Shown one piece after another: positions 40,858 through 43,380 of a DNA stretch of 43,380 bases (the stretch's first letter is position 1; the number at the start of each line of letters is the position of its first letter). The notes below the pieces were generated by a model, which saw only the letters and a list, made by a program, of their open reading frames with translations, had not been told where the DNA came from and made no database searches. Origin of the DNA: a virus; IMG/VR virus record IMGVR_UViG_3300045988_083803, positions 1-43,380 of that record; one strand, given 5' to 3'. A program made the position numbers and the translations under genes.

Positions 40858-41358
40858 ATGAAAAAAAAGAAAAAGGCAATTGAAAAGCCGACTACAGCGG
40901 CAAGATATGTAGCCAATGAACTTGTGAGCGATTACATTAATAACAACTGTCATTATGATTCGATTAAGCGGGCTAGCATGGTAGGCTATACCGCATCAAA
41001 GCAGGAGCCACTTGTAGAGCTGAGTGAGAAAAGAATTGCTGAAATAGCTGAATTGTTGGCAACATGCGAATTTGTGAAAATTGAAGATGATGCGTACTAT
41101 TATATTATTGATTGCAAGGGATGCAGCATTGAACAAGTAAGCGAACTTCATCATGCCATCTGGGACATTGCGTGCACTCTATCGTATAAAACAAAATGCA
41201 GTATTGGAGATATTAAATTAACAATTGATGGTGCTGCTTCTTTAGGTGTATACACAATTGAAAAAACGATTGTTGCAGGATTTATTAAATCAGAAGTTTT
41301 GGGGGCCTTCTTAAAGGAATCAAAAGTTCTCAACAGAGCATTAGGAGGTAACAAATGA
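40858..41358 (+). CDS. Hypothetical protein
   Basis: ORF track entry, ATGA-coupled to ssb. Confidence 0.5.
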   Translation: MKKKKKAIEKPTTAARYVANELVSDYINNNCHYDSIKRASMVGYTASKQEPLVELSEKRIAEIAELLATCEFVKIEDDAYYYIIDCKGCSIEQVSELHHAIWDIACTLSYKTKCSIGDIKLTIDGAASLGVYTIEKTIVAGFIKSEVLGAFLKESKVLNRALGGNK

Positions 41359-41804
41359 ATAAAGTAATTTTGATGGGAAGATTGACACGTGATCCAGAAG
41401 TGAGATACACGCAGGGCGCACAGCCCCTTGCAATCGCCAGATATACACTGGCAGTAGACCGCAGAGGTAGCAAGCAGGGCGAGCAGTCAGCAGACTTTAT
41501 CAGCTGCACAGCATTTGGGAAGAGTGGCGAGTTTGCAGAGAAGTATCTGCACCAAGGAATGAAGATTGTTGTTGTGGGTCGCATTCAGACGGGAAGTTAT
41601 ACCAACCGTGAGGGTCAGAAGGTCTATACAACTGAGGTTGTAGCAGAGGAAAATTATTTCTGTGAGAAGAGAAGTGAGGGCGATTCACCAGTGCCACACC
41701 CAGTTATGGCAGAGGCACAGAAGAACACACCACCAAGTCAGCATAAGGGCGGATGGATGAATATTCCTGATGGTGTAGAGGATGAAGGTTTACCATTCAA
41801 TTAA
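41355..41804 (+). CDS. ssb: Single-stranded DNA-binding protein
   Basis: MNKVILMGRLTRDPEVRYT...VVVGRIQTGSYTNREGQKVYTTEVVAE is an OB fold. The C-terminal acidic tip reads DEGLPFN. Confidence 0.9.
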   Translation: MNKVILMGRLTRDPEVRYTQGAQPLAIARYTLAVDRRGSKQGEQSADFISCTAFGKSGEFAEKYLHQGMKIVVVGRIQTGSYTNREGQKVYTTEVVAEENYFCEKRSEGDSPVPHPVMAEAQKNTPPSQHKGGWMNIPDGVEDEGLPFN

Positions 41805-41818
41805 AGGAGGTTTAAAAA

Positions 41819-42052
41819 ATGTTTTTAGTAGATTTATCAAGACACAAAGCTTACAACGTTGATAATTTTTCGTGCATCTATTACGTCAAAAACTGCTTAT
41901 ATATTGGAACTGAATACAACGAAGTGACTGTGGCAGAATATGATAGTGAAAACGATTGTGCAAAAGCGTTTTACAAAATCGTTACACAGATGAGCAAAAA
42001 GGGAACAAAATTAGTTTTTGCGCCAACACAGATTGAGGTTGATCAATGGTAG
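41819..42052 (+). CDS. Hypothetical protein
   Basis: AAGGAGG RBS and ORF track entry. Confidence 0.5.
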   Translation: MFLVDLSRHKAYNVDNFSCIYYVKNCLYIGTEYNEVTVAEYDSENDCAKAFYKIVTQMSKKGTKLVFAPTQIEVDQW

Positions 42053-42579
42053 TTTCTGGAAAGTTTGACAGCGTGAGCTTGTCACTAGATGGCAAGCTGA
42101 AAATCACTTTTTCCGTGACTGATAAAGAAAAAGCTCTGCGAGAGGTAGAGGAAATAAAAGACGTGGAAAAGCTAGATATTACTGCGGAAAAGCACCGTAG
42201 CAAGCGAAGCTTGGATGCAAATGCATATTTTTGGGTGCTGTGCGATAAGATAGCAAAACGTCTTGGCTCTGATAAGTGGACGATCTACCTCTTGCAGCTC
42301 TCAAAGTATGGAGTGTTTGCAGATTTAAAAGCGACCGCCCAGGCACTGGAAATTTTGAAAGATAAGTTCCGATACACTGAGATTTTGAGCGCAGAGGGAG
42401 AAAGTTATATAGTGCGATGCTATTTTGGTTCCTCCACCTACAACACCAAAGAAATGAGCGATTTAATACATGGCACGGTATCTGATGCAGGATCACTTGG
42501 AATTGACACCATAACACCAGAGGAAATGGAAAAGATGCTTGCTATCTGGAAGGGTAGCAGTAACATGAAAGATTATTGA
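42046..42579 (+). CDS. NinB/Orf-like recombination mediator
   Basis: KRSLDANAYFWVLCDKIAKRLG and GSSTYNTKEMSDLIHGTVSDAGSLGIDT parallel lambda NinB (RSLDQN...W...STS.M...EF...). Confidence 0.55.
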   Translation: MVVSGKFDSVSLSLDGKLKITFSVTDKEKALREVEEIKDVEKLDITAEKHRSKRSLDANAYFWVLCDKIAKRLGSDKWTIYLLQLSKYGVFADLKATAQALEILKDKFRYTEILSAEGESYIVRCYFGSSTYNTKEMSDLIHGTVSDAGSLGIDTITPEEMEKMLAIWKGSSNMKDY

Positions 42580-42600
42580 TAGCGTTTAACCCCTTCGTAT

Positions 42601-42673
42601 ATGCCTTTTAAAGCGATTTGAGGTTTTAGGTGATAATTTATAGCCTAAAGCACACCAAAAAGCTAAAAGGCAT
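42601..42673. repeat. Long imperfect inverted repeat upstream of the replication module
   Basis: ATGCCTTTTA (42601-42610) pairs with TAAAAGGCAT (42664-42673). An inner pair is TTTAGG (42625-42630) and CCTAAA (42644-42649). Confidence 0.5.
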
Positions 42674-42700
42674 TACAGAGGGGCGAGAAAGGAGCAAAGA

Positions 42701-42883
42701 ATGAGAATTATTAAGTATGGCACTAAAAAGTTAAAGATGAAGCGTTTTACATGCCCGCATTGCGGAAGCATCTTTGATGCAGAGCCGGGTGAGTACGAAA
42801 CGAATTTTACAAAGGGTGTTAAATACAACATTATCACATGCCCTTGCTGTCGCTTGCAGGTGATGCAGGCAGAGGAGGAATAA
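42701..42883 (+). CDS. Zn-ribbon protein (60 aa)
   Basis: AAAGGAG RBS. CPHCG...CPCC motif. Confidence 0.55.
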   Translation: MRIIKYGTKKLKMKRFTCPHCGSIFDAEPGEYETNFTKGVKYNIITCPCCRLQVMQAEEE

Positions 42884-42887
42884 ACGG

Positions 42888-43380
42888 ATGGCGAAAAGGT
42901 ACTATTGGTTAAAGCTCTCGGATGATTTTTTCAAGAGTAAGCCAGTAAAAAAGCTTCGGAGAATCGCAGGTGGCGATACCTACACGGTAATTTACTTGAA
43001 AATGCTTTTGGTAGCACTTAAGCAGGATGGAAAAATCTATTATGAGGGAGTCGAGGACACTTTTGCAGATGAGCTTGCACTTGATCTGGACGAGGACGCG
43101 GAGAATGTAAAAGTTACAATCGCATTTTTAAAGGCTCAAAACCTCTTGGTTGATGGCGATGTGGAAAACGAGTATATCTTGCCAGAGTGCGCAGCCATGA
43201 CAGGGACAGAAAGCGATAGTGCGGAGAGAATGCGGAGAATGAGAGAGCGTAAAGCGTTACAATGTAACGATATTCCGTCACAATGTTATGTGCAAGCGTC
43301 ACAATGCTACGATGGTGTGACGGACAGTTACGAAAATGTGACCCTAGAGAAAGAGAGAAAAAAAGAGAAAAATAAAGACA
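42888..43380 (+). CDS. Phage replisome organizer (DnaD-like), N-terminal part. The ORF is open at the window end and continues into 1..561.
   Basis: ATG 42888 lies 9 nt after GAGGAGG. MAKRYYWLKLSDDFFKSKPVKKLRRIAGGDTYTVIYLKMLL... fits the replisome-organizer N-terminal family consensus from memory. No stop occurs before 43380, and position 43338 equals position 13 in frame. Confidence 0.8.
   Translation, partial: MAKRYYWLKLSDDFFKSKPVKKLRRIAGGDTYTVIYLKMLLVALKQDGKIYYEGVEDTFADELALDLDEDAENVKVTIAFLKAQNLLVDGDVENEYILPECAAMTGTESDSAERMRRMRERKALQCNDIPSQCYVQASQCYDGVTDSYENVTLEKERKKEKNKD
43255..43342. repeat. Iteron array (origin candidate) inside the replisome-organizer gene
   Basis: CGT(T/C)ACAATG occurs at 43255, 43276 and 43297 with exact 21-bp phasing. 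Inverted TGTGAC(GG) copies occur at 43316-43323 and 43337-43342. The first copy is part of the 15-bp palindrome CGTTACAATGTAACG. Confidence 0.55.
43326..43380. repeat. Second copy of the 55-bp terminal overlap
   Basis: Identical to 1-55 by direct comparison. Confidence 0.95.

Noticed and set aside
1-43380. A scan for CRISPR arrays, complete tRNA/tmRNA genes, transposases or IS elements, reverse transcriptase (DGR or retron) and toxin genes.
   Set aside because: I saw no regularly spaced repeat-spacer arrays, no full cloverleaf candidates, no DDE, RT (YxDD) or recognisable toxin motifs in the translated ORFs. This was a by-eye scan, so short or degenerate elements could have been missed.

Overview
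The window is a complete, circularly closed temperate phage genome. Bases 1-55 are identical to 43326-43380, so the unique length is 43,325 bp, and one ORF crosses the junction in frame. The tail is siphovirus-type (tape measure, Dit and Tal, no sheath). Expression signals look Firmicutes/Clostridia-like, with AGGAGG-type RBSs and many ATGA/TAATG-coupled genes.

Gene order:
- Replication module: a replisome organizer with internal iterons and a G39P-like loader.
- Small Zn-ribbon ORFs, an HNH-like protein, a triple-HTH protein and a sigma-region-4/ArpU-like late regulator.
- Structural genes: terS, terL, portal, MuF, gp10-like, scaffold, major capsid, connectors, major tail, G/GT chaperone, tape measure, Dit, Tal and an RBP with an SGNH esterase domain.
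- Lysis genes: a holin, a DUF4406-like gene and an NlpC/P60+SH3 endolysin.
- A promoter-to-terminator moron.
- An insulated 7-gene Q/N/Cys-rich accessory cassette.
- A reverse-strand 4-gene HTH operon with palindromic operators.
- A large serine integrase.
- Two XRE repressors with a stand-alone sRNA candidate between them.
- A divergent switch, then early genes: a 589-aa acidic protein, paralog pairs, a triple Bro-N antirepressor, Gp157-like, Rad52-like SSAP, SSB and NinB-like.

No tRNA, rRNA, CRISPR array or transposase was seen. All homology calls come from motif recognition by eye and memory of family consensus. No searches were run.
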